Shown here one piece after another: positions 52,961-63,430 of a stretch of DNA of 64,000 bases. Below the pieces are notes generated by a model that did not search any database, had not been told where the DNA came from, and saw only the letters and a program-made list of their open reading frames with translations. Made by a program: the position numbers and the translations under genes. Source of the stretch: Spirochaetia bacterium. Lineage in GTDB: Bacteria; Spirochaetota; Spirochaetia; WTKD01; G963693115. The DNA lies in contig CBDDCA010000005.1 in the NCBI GenBank assembly GCA_965226055.1, positions 608,001 through 672,000 of the forward strand. Reading direction: 5' to 3'. Position 1 is the stretch's first letter; the number at the start of each line of letters is the position of its first letter.

Positions 52961-55543
52961 ATGAAAGATACAGCATTAGTTCCTAACCCTAATATCAATA
53001 ACCTTCCACGAAGACTGTTGATATTTCCTCTCGAAAGAAAGCCCTTGTTTCCCGGCATGATCAGTCAGCTCACAGTAGAAAAAGAAGAATATATGAAAAT
53101 CATAGATCTCTCTATGAAAAGAGAGCACTATATAGGACTACTCCTTACAAAAGAATCAGACGTAGAATCAGAAATAGAAAACAGATACCGATTTTCTAAT
53201 TTATATCGTGTAGGAACAGTGGCAAAAATACATAAAAAGATCAATCTTCCTGATGGAGGGTACAATGTATTTATCACTGTACAAGACAGATTTAAGATAG
53301 TAAACGAACAAACATTTATTCCTCCTTTACAAGCTACGGTAGAATATATACCTGACACTATAGAACATAACAAAGAGCTTACTGCATTAACACGTAGCTT
53401 AATAAGTGAAATGAAACCTATTATTGAAAATAATCCTATCTACTCTGAAGAGATACGTCTTAATATGGTAAATATTGATCATCCAGGACAAATTGCCGAT
53501 TTTATCACTTCTATCCTCGACTTAAAAAAAGAAGAGCAACAAAGGATACTAGAAACATCAAATATTCACAATCGTATTATTCAAGTCCTCACCTATATAA
53601 ACAGAGAACAAGAACTTCTTTTTCTCCAAAAGAAAATTCGTAAAAACATAACAGATAATGTAGAAAAACAACGCAAAGAACACTTTTTACGTGAAATGAT
53701 GCAAGAAATTCAAAAAGAACTGGGAGAGCCTACCGACAGTAAAAGTATCGTCATTGAAGAAATGCGTACACAACTTAAGGCACTTACTCTTCCAGAAGAA
53801 ACACGCGAACAAATTGAAAAAGAAGTTGTAAAATTTTCAAACTTAGAACCTCATCACCCAGAATATACCATGTTACATTCATATCTAGAACGCGTTCTGT
53901 CTTTGCCATGGAATGAATCGCCTCCAAGAAATGTAGAATTAGATCATACTTTGAAAATGCTTCATAAAGATCATTATGGACTTGACAAAGTCAAAAACCG
54001 TATTATTGAATTTTTAGCAATAAGCAAAATAAAAAAAGCAAAAACACGCTCAATTTTGTGTTTAGTAGGACCACCAGGAGTAGGAAAAACATCAATAGCA
54101 CGGTCTATTGCAAATAGTCTCAAAAAGAAACTCTATCATTTTTCTGTTGGAGGCATGAGAGACGAAGCAGAAATTCGAGGACATAGACGTACATATATCG
54201 GTGCTATGCCCGGAAAAATAATTCAAGGCTTACTAGAAATAAAAGAAAAAGATCCTATTTTTGTCATTGATGAAATTGATAAAATTAGTGCTACTTATAT
54301 GGGAGATCCTTCTTCTGCACTTCTTGAAATTTTAGATCCAGTACAAAATACTCATTTTAGAGATTTTTATATAGATCTCCCCTTTGATCTATCTAAAATA
54401 TTTTTTATTACTACCGCAAATACCACAAGCAGTATCCCACCTGCATTACTTGATAGAATGGAGCTTATTCATCTATCAGGGTATATAGATAGAGAAAAAA
54501 TTGAAATTGCAAAAAAATACATTATCCCTAAATCATTGCAAGATCATGGCTTACAAAAAAATACTATCTCATTTGAAAATCAAGCATTAAAACATATAGC
54601 AGAGCAATATGCAAGAGAATCAGGTATGCGAAAATTTGAACAGCAAATAAACAAGATAGTACGAAAAATAATCACACAGTATCTAAAAGAAAGAGAACAA
54701 AAACAGAGTACAAAAAAAACAGAAAAATTGACACAAGCGAAAGATGCACAAAAAAAAGACACACAAAAGAAAGACGAACAAACAAAGAGCTCACAAAAGC
54801 CTAGCAACACTGAAACTACTGAAGGTATATCAATAGATATTAAGGATGCCTATTGGCCAAAAAAAGTGCTAGGAGACTCTCTCAAAGAATATCTTGGGAT
54901 TCCTCCATTTCAAGAAAATGTTGTAAAACGTGCAAGTACTCCCGGCACCTCTATTGGGCTAGCATGGACTTCAATGGGAGGAGATGTACTAATAATAGAA
55001 GCTCAAAAATACGCAGGAAAAGGAATTGTAAAATTAACTGGTACCTTAGGAGATGTTATGAAAGAATCAGCACACATTGCTCTTTCACTCATAAAATCAA
55101 AACATACTATTGAAGACTTTTCTATTGACCCTAGTATTTTTACTACGCATGATTTTCATATTCACTTTCCCGAAGGAGCTACTCCAAAAGATGGGCCTTC
55201 TGCAGGTATCACTATAGCATCCGCACTGTTATCTCTTGTTACTAATACCACTATCATGAGTAATTATGCTATGACAGGAGAGCTTTCCTTAGTGGGCAAT
55301 GTACTTCCTATTGGAGGACTACGTGAAAAAATTGTTGCTGCAAACAGAAACAAAATTAAACATATTATCATTCCACAAAGTAATCTTAACGATTTAGAAG
55401 AAATTCCCTCTTATGTACACTCAGGAATAACCATTCATCCTGTTACTACTATTCAAGAGGTATTTGGAATTTTGTTTCCTACCATTAAAAAGCGATCTAA
55501 TATTCATACAAAAACGCTATCAAAAAAAGCTAAGAATACATAA
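52961..55543 (+). CDS. lon: ATP-dependent Lon protease
   Basis: PLFPGM N-domain, HYGLDKVK, GPPGVGKTS, IDEIDK, PKDGPSAG (catalytic Ser), PIGGLREK (catalytic Lys). ATG at 52961 preferred over TTG at 52943. Confidence 0.97.
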   Translation: MKDTALVPNPNINNLPRRLLIFPLERKPLFPGMISQLTVEKEEYMKIIDLSMKREHYIGLLLTKESDVESEIENRYRFSNLYRVGTVAKIHKKINLPDGGYNVFITVQDRFKIVNEQTFIPPLQATVEYIPDTIEHNKELTALTRSLISEMKPIIENNPIYSEEIRLNMVNIDHPGQIADFITSILDLKKEEQQRILETSNIHNRIIQVLTYINREQELLFLQKKIRKNITDNVEKQRKEHFLREMMQEIQKELGEPTDSKSIVIEEMRTQLKALTLPEETREQIEKEVVKFSNLEPHHPEYTMLHSYLERVLSLPWNESPPRNVELDHTLKMLHKDHYGLDKVKNRIIEFLAISKIKKAKTRSILCLVGPPGVGKTSIARSIANSLKKKLYHFSVGGMRDEAEIRGHRRTYIGAMPGKIIQGLLEIKEKDPIFVIDEIDKISATYMGDPSSALLEILDPVQNTHFRDFYIDLPFDLSKIFFITTANTTSSIPPALLDRMELIHLSGYIDREKIEIAKKYIIPKSLQDHGLQKNTISFENQALKHIAEQYARESGMRKFEQQINKIVRKIITQYLKEREQKQSTKKTEKLTQAKDAQKKDTQKKDEQTKSSQKPSNTETTEGISIDIKDAYWPKKVLGDSLKEYLGIPPFQENVVKRASTPGTSIGLAWTSMGGDVLIIEAQKYAGKGIVKLTGTLGDVMKESAHIALSLIKSKHTIEDFSIDPSIFTTHDFHIHFPEGATPKDGPSAGITIASALLSLVTNTTIMSNYAMTGELSLVGNVLPIGGLREKIVAANRNKIKHIIIPQSNLNDLEEIPSYVHSGITIHPVTTIQEVFGILFPTIKKRSNIHTKTLSKKAKNT

Positions 55544-55617
55544 ATGGACAATATTCATACTACTCAAAAAATAATATTGATGACTCCTACAGCTTCCTGT
55601 ATAGCATATTCACTTAT

Positions 55618-56541
55618 ATGAAAAAATTTTTTTATCATTATACATTGCTTATCCCTATACTCCTTATTGTTATTCTGTATTATGTTATACAAATGATAGA
55701 TCCAAAATTTAGAGAGTATGTAAAAAACAATACTGCTCCTTCAGAAACAGCGTCAGATTCAGTAAGTATTGCTCAGCAAACAGAAAATAAGCAACCTACA
55801 CATACTATTACAGAGCTTAAAAAAGAACTCACATATATTATACAATCGCTGCCTCACCCATTTGAAGATTCGGTATTACAAAGCATACTTGAATCGCCTA
55901 TTGAGTTTATACAAGACATACAGCTTGTATACAAACATAGCAACATTGCACAGCTTATCTTAGTGGACAAAACACATCCCTTAGATGCTACATATGCTCC
56001 TGCAGATATTGTACACTTACAGGACTATGATGATATACTTGTCCTTAATAAAGATACTCTGCAAGTGAGCAAGAGCATTATTGATGATTTACTTACCATG
56101 CATGCAGCAGCACAAAAAGATGCTGTATTACTGGATATAAGCTCTAGTTATCGGAGTTATTCCTACCAAGAAAATCTATTCAATTATTATACAAGAGAAC
56201 TTGGATTAGAAGAAGCGTCACGACAATCAGCAAAACCTGGTACCAGTCAGCATCAACTAGGAACCACTATTGATTTTGGTTGTATCTGCCCTGATTTTGC
56301 ACAGACAAAAGCAGGGCTATGGTTATCAAAAAACGCATGGAAATATGGCTTTAGCTTGTCCTATCCACCCAATATGGAACATATTACAGGATACATATAC
56401 GAAAGCTGGCATTATAGACATATAGGCATTGCAGCAAGCTCTTTTGAACATAAGTATTTTAACAACACAGGTCAACAATATATGCTAGAGTTATTAGCAA
56501 AAAAAGAAGCATTGCAAGCCCTCATCTCACAATATTTATAA
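55618..56541 (+). CDS. M15B/VanY-family D-alanyl-D-alanine carboxypeptidase
   Basis: SSYRSYSYQ, SAKPGTSQHQLGTTID, YESWHYRH; N-terminal TM anchor. Confidence 0.92.
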   Translation: MKKFFYHYTLLIPILLIVILYYVIQMIDPKFREYVKNNTAPSETASDSVSIAQQTENKQPTHTITELKKELTYIIQSLPHPFEDSVLQSILESPIEFIQDIQLVYKHSNIAQLILVDKTHPLDATYAPADIVHLQDYDDILVLNKDTLQVSKSIIDDLLTMHAAAQKDAVLLDISSSYRSYSYQENLFNYYTRELGLEEASRQSAKPGTSQHQLGTTIDFGCICPDFAQTKAGLWLSKNAWKYGFSLSYPPNMEHITGYIYESWHYRHIGIAASSFEHKYFNNTGQQYMLELLAKKEALQALISQYL

Positions 56542-56616
56542 TACTACCAGCATTCAAAGTATTACCAGCAACAATAAAGCAACTCGTTCTCATAAATATA
56601 TTATAATAAACAAGAT

Positions 56617-57798
56617 ATGAAAAAAATACTGTATACACTTATAGTTTCTGTTATAGTATTTATAAGCTGTGAACCTGGTACAGACAGTAGCCTCTATCAA
56701 GCCCCAAAGACTGTAGATGGCTACTTTGCGTATAAAGAAAATCAAAAGTATAGCAATGTACTCATTGATTGTATTATCGTAGCACGCGGTTCTTGTTCAC
56801 TTAATACACTCCCTTTTATTGGATTAGAGAAAGCAATTCCTAGCAAAGACGATATTATGAATCGTCTCATTGTTTCTCATGCTTGGATAGGAAAACGTTT
56901 TTCAGAATTTTTAAATCATTACCCAAAAGAAGCATTTCCTCTTTTTAATACTGTTACTGCAATAGTGGTAGGCAGCAATGTACGACCATCACAGTATCTA
57001 CCACAAGGTTCTGTCATTCTCCTTGATCCAAAAGATCTATGGCTGACAAAAACAGAGTTTGACTCTATATCAAAAGAAAAAGATTATCGTACTAATCTCG
57101 GAGATGTACTGAGTTTTGATTTTTTACGTCGACCGATAAAAAATAATAAGCTCGCTTATACAGACTCTTCATTAACATACACAAAAGAGAGAACTATACA
57201 GGACATACTATTTCGTTTCAGTTATATACTATTTCATGAACTTGCACATGCCATTGATTATTTTCATCACTCTACTATATCACAGTACAAAAGAAATATT
57301 CCATTTTCATCGTTACCTGTAAGAGATAGACAGTCAAAAATACTAAACAACACAAATAAAAATTTCTCTATTAGCTCTAGGACATTAAAAATTCTTGCGG
57401 CAAAAAAATACATCTTTAGAACACAAGAACATGACACAACAACAGCAAAAGAAGCAGCTAACGAATTTTCGATGGATATAGCAACTGATCTTTATAGCTA
57501 TGTTAATAATGTTGAAGATTTCTCAATGTTGTTTACTGTGGTGGCATCAAAAAAATTCTTTAATGTCGAATACGATATCGCTTTCACCAACAATCCTGGA
57601 AGCTCTAAAAACTGTAAAGATTATATCATAGCACAAGGATGGCGAAATAGACTTGCCAACCCTGCTGTCAAAACACGAGCCTTAACAGTAGCAAAAAATG
57701 TAATGCCCTCAATAGACTGGGATGGTTTTTTTAGCACACAGATAGGCAAAGAAACAGCACTTACTCAAGGCAAAAACTGGTGTCTTAATACGCAATAA
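56617..57798 (+). CDS. Hypothetical lipoprotein, putative zinc metallopeptidase (HExxH)
   Basis: Lipobox VFISC; LFHELAHAID; downstream EDF candidate third ligand. Confidence 0.65.
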   Translation: MKKILYTLIVSVIVFISCEPGTDSSLYQAPKTVDGYFAYKENQKYSNVLIDCIIVARGSCSLNTLPFIGLEKAIPSKDDIMNRLIVSHAWIGKRFSEFLNHYPKEAFPLFNTVTAIVVGSNVRPSQYLPQGSVILLDPKDLWLTKTEFDSISKEKDYRTNLGDVLSFDFLRRPIKNNKLAYTDSSLTYTKERTIQDILFRFSYILFHELAHAIDYFHHSTISQYKRNIPFSSLPVRDRQSKILNNTNKNFSISSRTLKILAAKKYIFRTQEHDTTTAKEAANEFSMDIATDLYSYVNNVEDFSMLFTVVASKKFFNVEYDIAFTNNPGSSKNCKDYIIAQGWRNRLANPAVKTRALTVAKNVMPSIDWDGFFSTQIGKETALTQGKNWCLNTQ

Positions 57799-57815
57799 AC
57801 TGCCCCCCTATTGCG

Positions 57816-58973
57816 TTATACATGCTGCTCACTTTTTGCCTTAAATTGCTTCATACATGTCACTAACGCTTCAACATCATCTATACTTACAGCATTGTAT
57901 AACGATGCCCTGCATCCTCCAACCGAACGATGCCCCTTTAGTCCATACATTTTATTTTGTTCTGCATACGCAAGAAATTGCTGTTCTAAGCTATCGTTTG
58001 GTAATGTAAAAACAACATTCATTGTAGAACGATACGGCTTTTGCACTGCACAATGATAAAATCCATCACTCTCGTCTATATACTTATACAGCATAGCAGC
58101 TTTTTCTTTGTTTCTCTTTTCTACTTCAGATATTCCTCCTAACGATACAATATGTTCTAATACAAGCGATAATATCCATATTGCACCTACTGGAGGCGTA
58201 TTGTACAAGGACCGCGACTTATAATGAGTATCATAGGACAAGTATGCAGGAAGCACTTTATGAGCACTTGCTTTGAGTACATCGTTACTTACCACTACTA
58301 CCGTAACTCCTGCCACTCCAAGATTTTTTTGAGCTCCAGCATACACTATGTCATAGCAGTTTGCATCTATATGTCTGCTGAGTATATCACTAGACATATC
58401 AGCAACAAGAGTACTGCTCTTTTGCTGTAAGGCACAGGATAAGGCTTGCTCTTCCTGCCACTGAATACCATGTATTGTTTCATTACTTGTAATATGAATA
58501 TAAGCATATGTATCATCACGTATCTGTGAAGAAAGCTGTTCAACGGTAGGCAGCTGTGTAAATCTATGTTCTTCTCCAGAATAGAGAATATCTACAGACG
58601 GGTAAACTTTCTTTGCTTCCTTATATGCTTTTTGCCCCCATGCCCCTGTTACAATATATCCTGCACTCATCAAAGCAGTTTCTGATTTCTCTGTGCTTGT
58701 ATCATTGAAGCCAGATACTATGTTGAGGGGTATCATTGAAAATTGCAGACTCGCCCCTCCCCCTAGCAATAAAACATGATGTTCATTGTCTAATCCAAGC
58801 AAAGAATGCAATAGCTCCGTTGCTTTCGTATGCACTGTTTCATACACCTTTCCTCTATGACTCATTTCTAATAAAGAGTAGCCATGCGATTCAAAATCTA
58901 CAAAATGCGTCTTTGCATACTCAAGCACCTCTGTATATACCTTTGAAGGTCCTGCAGAAAAATTATGTATCAT
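57816..58973 (-). CDS. serC: Phosphoserine aminotransferase
   Basis: NFSAGPS, EMSHRG, GGASLQF, NETIHG, ADMSSDI, AGAQKNLG, YNTPP, KGHRSVGGCRASLYNA. Start MIHNF at 58973. Confidence 0.96.
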   Translation of the reverse strand: MIHNFSAGPSKVYTEVLEYAKTHFVDFESHGYSLLEMSHRGKVYETVHTKATELLHSLLGLDNEHHVLLLGGGASLQFSMIPLNIVSGFNDTSTEKSETALMSAGYIVTGAWGQKAYKEAKKVYPSVDILYSGEEHRFTQLPTVEQLSSQIRDDTYAYIHITSNETIHGIQWQEEQALSCALQQKSSTLVADMSSDILSRHIDANCYDIVYAGAQKNLGVAGVTVVVVSNDVLKASAHKVLPAYLSYDTHYKSRSLYNTPPVGAIWILSLVLEHIVSLGGISEVEKRNKEKAAMLYKYIDESDGFYHCAVQKPYRSTMNVVFTLPNDSLEQQFLAYAEQNKMYGLKGHRSVGGCRASLYNAVSIDDVEALVTCMKQFKAKSEQHV

Positions 58974-59071
58974 TTCATACTGTATTATAAAATATACTAA
59001 AAAAAAAGTAAAGCCATGGGGCATTCACTGTGGAAATCATTATTTGACTTAGTTTTATTACAATATTTTAA

Positions 59072-59809
59072 CTACAAATATTGCTTTAAGTCTTGTTTTA
59101 ATATATTCTTTGCCTTTTCTAATGAATCAAAAGTTAGTTCTTTAAAAGATTTATGTATAGGATTATCAATTTGTCTTTCACCTTCTAATAAAGTTATAAT
59201 ATTAATATCAACATTAAAATATGACATAATTGTATGCGTGGAGCAACTACCATAAACAATATCATTTAGATAGGAATAATCACCACCTAATTGACTTTCT
59301 AATTGTAATAAATAACAAGAAATAATTGGTAAGTGTTTATTACGTTGCATATAATTTAATAAATGAAAATCTACCAATATCCTTTTTATCATTGCATTTT
59401 CCGTATATGCTTTACACTCAATACCCATTACAAATTTATCATCAATAAATATCTGCTTATCTACTGATAGTCCATAATAATAACTCTGTATATCGCTTAG
59501 AATATATTCTTTGATTTTTGGATTTAATTTTTCTAAATATCCCCCATTTTGATTTAATGGTATCTTAAATTTATTACTATTAATTTCAATTCTTCTTTCG
59601 TCTCCTCCTAACTCTAACCATGCAACTTTAACTAAAGAATGAGTAATATATTCTTGTAATTTACCCTTGACAGACCGTAATACTCCTCCATAAGCCCTCT
59701 CTTCATCATCTGCTTGTTGATGTGCTTCATTATCAATAACTCTCACAATGTTATTATATGTTGCTATAATATCACTAATATTTGTATCATATTCTCTCAT
59801 TTGTTTCAT
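59072..59809 (-). CDS. Type II restriction endonuclease, DdeI-like (predicted CTNAG)
   Basis: RAYGG..R..KGK, YGLSVDK..FID.KFV.GIECKAYTENAM.KRILVDF, QLESQLGGDYS and TLLEGER, recalled as R.DdeI-family motifs (from memory, not searched). Confidence 0.82.
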   Translation of the reverse strand: MKQMREYDTNISDIIATYNNIVRVIDNEAHQQADDEERAYGGVLRSVKGKLQEYITHSLVKVAWLELGGDERRIEINSNKFKIPLNQNGGYLEKLNPKIKEYILSDIQSYYYGLSVDKQIFIDDKFVMGIECKAYTENAMIKRILVDFHLLNYMQRNKHLPIISCYLLQLESQLGGDYSYLNDIVYGSCSTHTIMSYFNVDINIITLLEGERQIDNPIHKSFKELTFDSLEKAKNILKQDLKQYL

Positions 59810-59826
59810 ACATAGAGTTTATCACA

Positions 59827-60891
59827 TTAGAATAAAACTTGAGGTATATCTTCTACTCTTTTTTTAGCGGTAACACAGTATTCTTTTGATACATCTACAC
59901 TAATATAGTTTCTGTTTATTCGCTTACATACTGCCGCTGTCGTTCCAACTCCTCCAAACGGATCTAATATCACATCATTAGGGAATGTATATACCTTCAA
60001 TGCCTTTTCTACTAATTTTTCAGGAAACATTGCATCATGATTATACTTTTTCATATTTCTTTCAGGGGCTATTGACCATTTCCCTATTACAGCACTCTTA
60101 AATTCTTCGTCTGTTATGTCAGGTATTTCATTTCTTCTATTATTGTGTTTTATTGTTTCTTTACAATATACCTCTATAAATTCATGCGTATATTTCAAAT
60201 ACGGAGATGCAGGGCTTTTCCAACTCCCCCAAGAAGTATATCTTGCACTATAATTATTCTTTTCCCATAAAATCTCATTTCTCCATATAAATTTATGCTT
60301 CAAAAATATCTGTGAAAAAATATGATGTGAGGGTATATAGTCAGAAAAAAAAGGTTGAATATTCCAAATAACCCTACCCCCTGTTGTTAGTATCCTATAC
60401 ATCTCTTTTATAATTTTATTCATAATCTTAAAATAACTATCCCATGTATTCTCATCGCTATAATAATCTCCATAATCAATTCCAAAATTATACGGAGGAG
60501 AAGTAATAATACAATCTATACAATTATTCGGTAGAGTTTTCATATACTCTAAACAATCATCATTTATAATAACATTCAATCTTTCTTCCTCTAACTCTTG
60601 ATGACTGTAATTGATTTTTGCAATCTTTTTTTTCTTTTTTATAATCTTGTTATCAACTTTTAAATTTTCATATGTCCTATACCCACTCTTACTATTGTAT
60701 TCTCCTAGTTTTAATCTATTCAAAAAATCAATCAAATCTTGATTTTTATTTAATATATCAATTTTTACTTTCCTAATATAAAATGTATTTTCTCTAATTC
60801 CTATATTTTCTTTATCTATTGAATTTATAAAATCAATAAATGTAGGAGATAATTCTTTTATAAGAGTGTCATCTAGTATTATTTCTTTCAT
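59827..60891 (-). CDS. Beta-class N4-cytosine/N6-adenine DNA methyltransferase
   Basis: Motif IV ITSPPY precedes HDAMFP and motif I DPFGGVGTT; immediately upstream of the REase. Confidence 0.92.
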   Translation of the reverse strand: MKEIILDDTLIKELSPTFIDFINSIDKENIGIRENTFYIRKVKIDILNKNQDLIDFLNRLKLGEYNSKSGYRTYENLKVDNKIIKKKKKIAKINYSHQELEEERLNVIINDDCLEYMKTLPNNCIDCIITSPPYNFGIDYGDYYSDENTWDSYFKIMNKIIKEMYRILTTGGRVIWNIQPFFSDYIPSHHIFSQIFLKHKFIWRNEILWEKNNYSARYTSWGSWKSPASPYLKYTHEFIEVYCKETIKHNNRRNEIPDITDEEFKSAVIGKWSIAPERNMKKYNHDAMFPEKLVEKALKVYTFPNDVILDPFGGVGTTAAVCKRINRNYISVDVSKEYCVTAKKRVEDIPQVLF

Positions 60892-60991
60892 TTGTACCCC
60901 TTTCTTTTTTCTTATTTATATTACTTTTCTTCGTCTTTGCTCCCTTACTTTTAGTAACCTTCCTTCAAAATTTTATCCGTGTAAGCCCTAT

Positions 60992-63421
60992 TTATTGTAC
61001 TTTCAATATATATATATTTGTAATACCTTCATGTTTACATGCTTCAAATACAACATTAGATATATTTGTACTAAACTGTATATGCTTATGTTCGTGATTT
61101 ATCACCTTAAAAAATACTTTAGTATTTATAGATATGATATTGTTTGATACAATATGTAGGATAGTATTTTTCCGTCCATGCAGATTGACTATAATTTCTA
61201 TTGTGTTGTTATGAGAGAGTACTTCAAATTCCCATTGTATATACTGTCCTTGTAAGTAATTGTAGCTATACCCATCATCCTCAAAATAGGTATTTCTTCT
61301 CTTTCCTTTTGAGGGAGGATATACAATAAATGTTCTTGATGTTCCCTGTTTATTGGTAACACTAATGCCATCATTCATTGCTAATACTGTTCCTTCACGA
61401 ACAAAAAAAGGAATAGATTCAATGTCCACTGCATATGAAATATATTGACCACCTGCGTAACAGGTATGATCATGAAATGAATACCATTGTTCTCCACTAG
61501 GCAAATATGTTGTATGCATTTTTTCTCCTTCTTTTATGACATTTGATACTAATATATGTTCTCCTACCATAAAATCTGTTGTTTCTTTGAAACAATGTGG
61601 ATCTTTTTCATAGTTGTAAAATAAGGGACGTATGATAGGTTCGTACAATGTATGGGCTTTATACAATAGATCGTATAAATATGGCATCAATGCATAGCGT
61701 AAATGAATAGCACTCCGTATTGTGTCGACTGCATGTTCATACATCCACGGAGTAGTTGTACTACCATCATTATTCCATGAGTGTATGGTAAAACGAGGAT
61801 AAAATATTCCATGTTGCACCCATCTTGTAAGCAATTCTTTACTTGGAGGATCGCCCGAGAAACCACCTACATCATGACCTATATTATACATTCCACTGAG
61901 AGATAGTCCTAATCCCATGTAGACGTTATATTCTAATGTCTTAAAACTTGTATAATTATCGCCTGTCCATGTCTGAGCATATCGTTGCAGTCCCGGACAT
62001 CCTGAACGTGAAATAAGGTAAGGTCGTGTTTTTTCATCAAACTCTTTTTGCGCTTCAAATGAAGATTTGACCATTAACAGTGTCTGCAATACTTTGGAAG
62101 TATCGTGTTTTGTCCCTTTGAATACAATACTGTTGTCCCATATTTGAAATTCATTATTATCGTTCCATGTTGCTACAATTCCATAGGAGAGCAACTGTTC
62201 GCGTACGTTGTTCTTCCACCATGCTCTTGCTTGTTCATTGGTAAAATCTATATATGATCCTTCTTCATCCCAAAATTGACTTGTTGATATTTTTCCATCC
62301 TTTGTGTGAACAAATATATCTTCACATTCATTATATCGTGGGTGAGTGGTTAAGAGACATGGTTTTATGTTTGCACAAAACCGTATATCGTTCTGTAAAA
62401 AATCTTCACATAATTTACGAGGATCAGGAAATTTTTCTTTATTCCAATGAAATACATACCGCTTATTATCAATAGAAGTATAGCCTGATGATAATTGAAA
62501 GGAATCGCAGGGGATATCATACTTTTTACAATTATCTAAAAAAGTATACAAGAGTGTTTGTGCATCAGGAGAGTCAGTAAAGTTCATGGTAGATCCAGAA
62601 TATCCTAAGCTCCACTTTGGAGGAAATATAACTTTGCCTGTAAGCCATGTAACATTCTTCACTACTTTTTGTATGCTTGCTCCCATACATACATAGTAAT
62701 CACAATACCCTCCTTCTGACTTAAAATAGGTGTACGGAACATGATAATTATCATGTTCTTGTCCAAAATTGAAGTATGAGGTTGAGAAATTATCGTAGAA
62801 AATTCCAAAAAAATACTCTATATCTCGTTTATAGGTTATGTAAAAAGGATAGTGTTTATATAAAGGGTCCGTACATGATGCATCATATCCCATAGGATCA
62901 AGATTATTCATCGTATACTTTTTTCCATATTTATTCATATGTCCTGTCTTTTCGCCACAGCCAAAATACATGTCTCCTTCTTGCCTGCATACATAATGAT
63001 ATATGTTATCATCCCAATACCCTAAGTTGTATGCTTGAGTTGGTCTATCTTGTAAGAATGTATCACCGTTATATGACCACGAAAGAATAAAATTTCTTTT
63101 TTCAATATTTATATCATAGTTTTGAGTGTGTATATAAAAGTACTGAGTATCTTCTGTAATGTCATATGTTGTAGTTAAAAGCGATGTATCTACTACAAGA
63201 CGTGCATTGCCTTCAGCACTTACATCACTATTGCCATATATTACCCACCATGTGTTCTCTAGTGTTGTTTCTTCATCTTTTTTGTAGAGTAGTACTCTGA
63301 CAATATCAGAACAGAGAAGATAGATACGTGCTATAAATACTTTATTTTCACTTTCAAATACTATTTCTCCCTGTTTTGATTGAGTGAGCGTGAAATATAC
63401 ATTCATTTCCTTGCGTTGCAT
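60992..63421 (-). CDS. Glycoside hydrolase family 31 (alpha-glucosidase-like)
   Basis: DPLYKHYPF, PPKWSLGY, TWNDNNE (nucleophile), WTGDN (acid/base), GHDVGGF. Confidence 0.93.
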   Translation of the reverse strand: MQRKEMNVYFTLTQSKQGEIVFESENKVFIARIYLLCSDIVRVLLYKKDEETTLENTWWVIYGNSDVSAEGNARLVVDTSLLTTTYDITEDTQYFYIHTQNYDINIEKRNFILSWSYNGDTFLQDRPTQAYNLGYWDDNIYHYVCRQEGDMYFGCGEKTGHMNKYGKKYTMNNLDPMGYDASCTDPLYKHYPFYITYKRDIEYFFGIFYDNFSTSYFNFGQEHDNYHVPYTYFKSEGGYCDYYVCMGASIQKVVKNVTWLTGKVIFPPKWSLGYSGSTMNFTDSPDAQTLLYTFLDNCKKYDIPCDSFQLSSGYTSIDNKRYVFHWNKEKFPDPRKLCEDFLQNDIRFCANIKPCLLTTHPRYNECEDIFVHTKDGKISTSQFWDEEGSYIDFTNEQARAWWKNNVREQLLSYGIVATWNDNNEFQIWDNSIVFKGTKHDTSKVLQTLLMVKSSFEAQKEFDEKTRPYLISRSGCPGLQRYAQTWTGDNYTSFKTLEYNVYMGLGLSLSGMYNIGHDVGGFSGDPPSKELLTRWVQHGIFYPRFTIHSWNNDGSTTTPWMYEHAVDTIRSAIHLRYALMPYLYDLLYKAHTLYEPIIRPLFYNYEKDPHCFKETTDFMVGEHILVSNVIKEGEKMHTTYLPSGEQWYSFHDHTCYAGGQYISYAVDIESIPFFVREGTVLAMNDGISVTNKQGTSRTFIVYPPSKGKRRNTYFEDDGYSYNYLQGQYIQWEFEVLSHNNTIEIIVNLHGRKNTILHIVSNNIISINTKVFFKVINHEHKHIQFSTNISNVVFEACKHEGITNIYILKVQ

Positions 63422-63430
63422 AAGTGCAGA

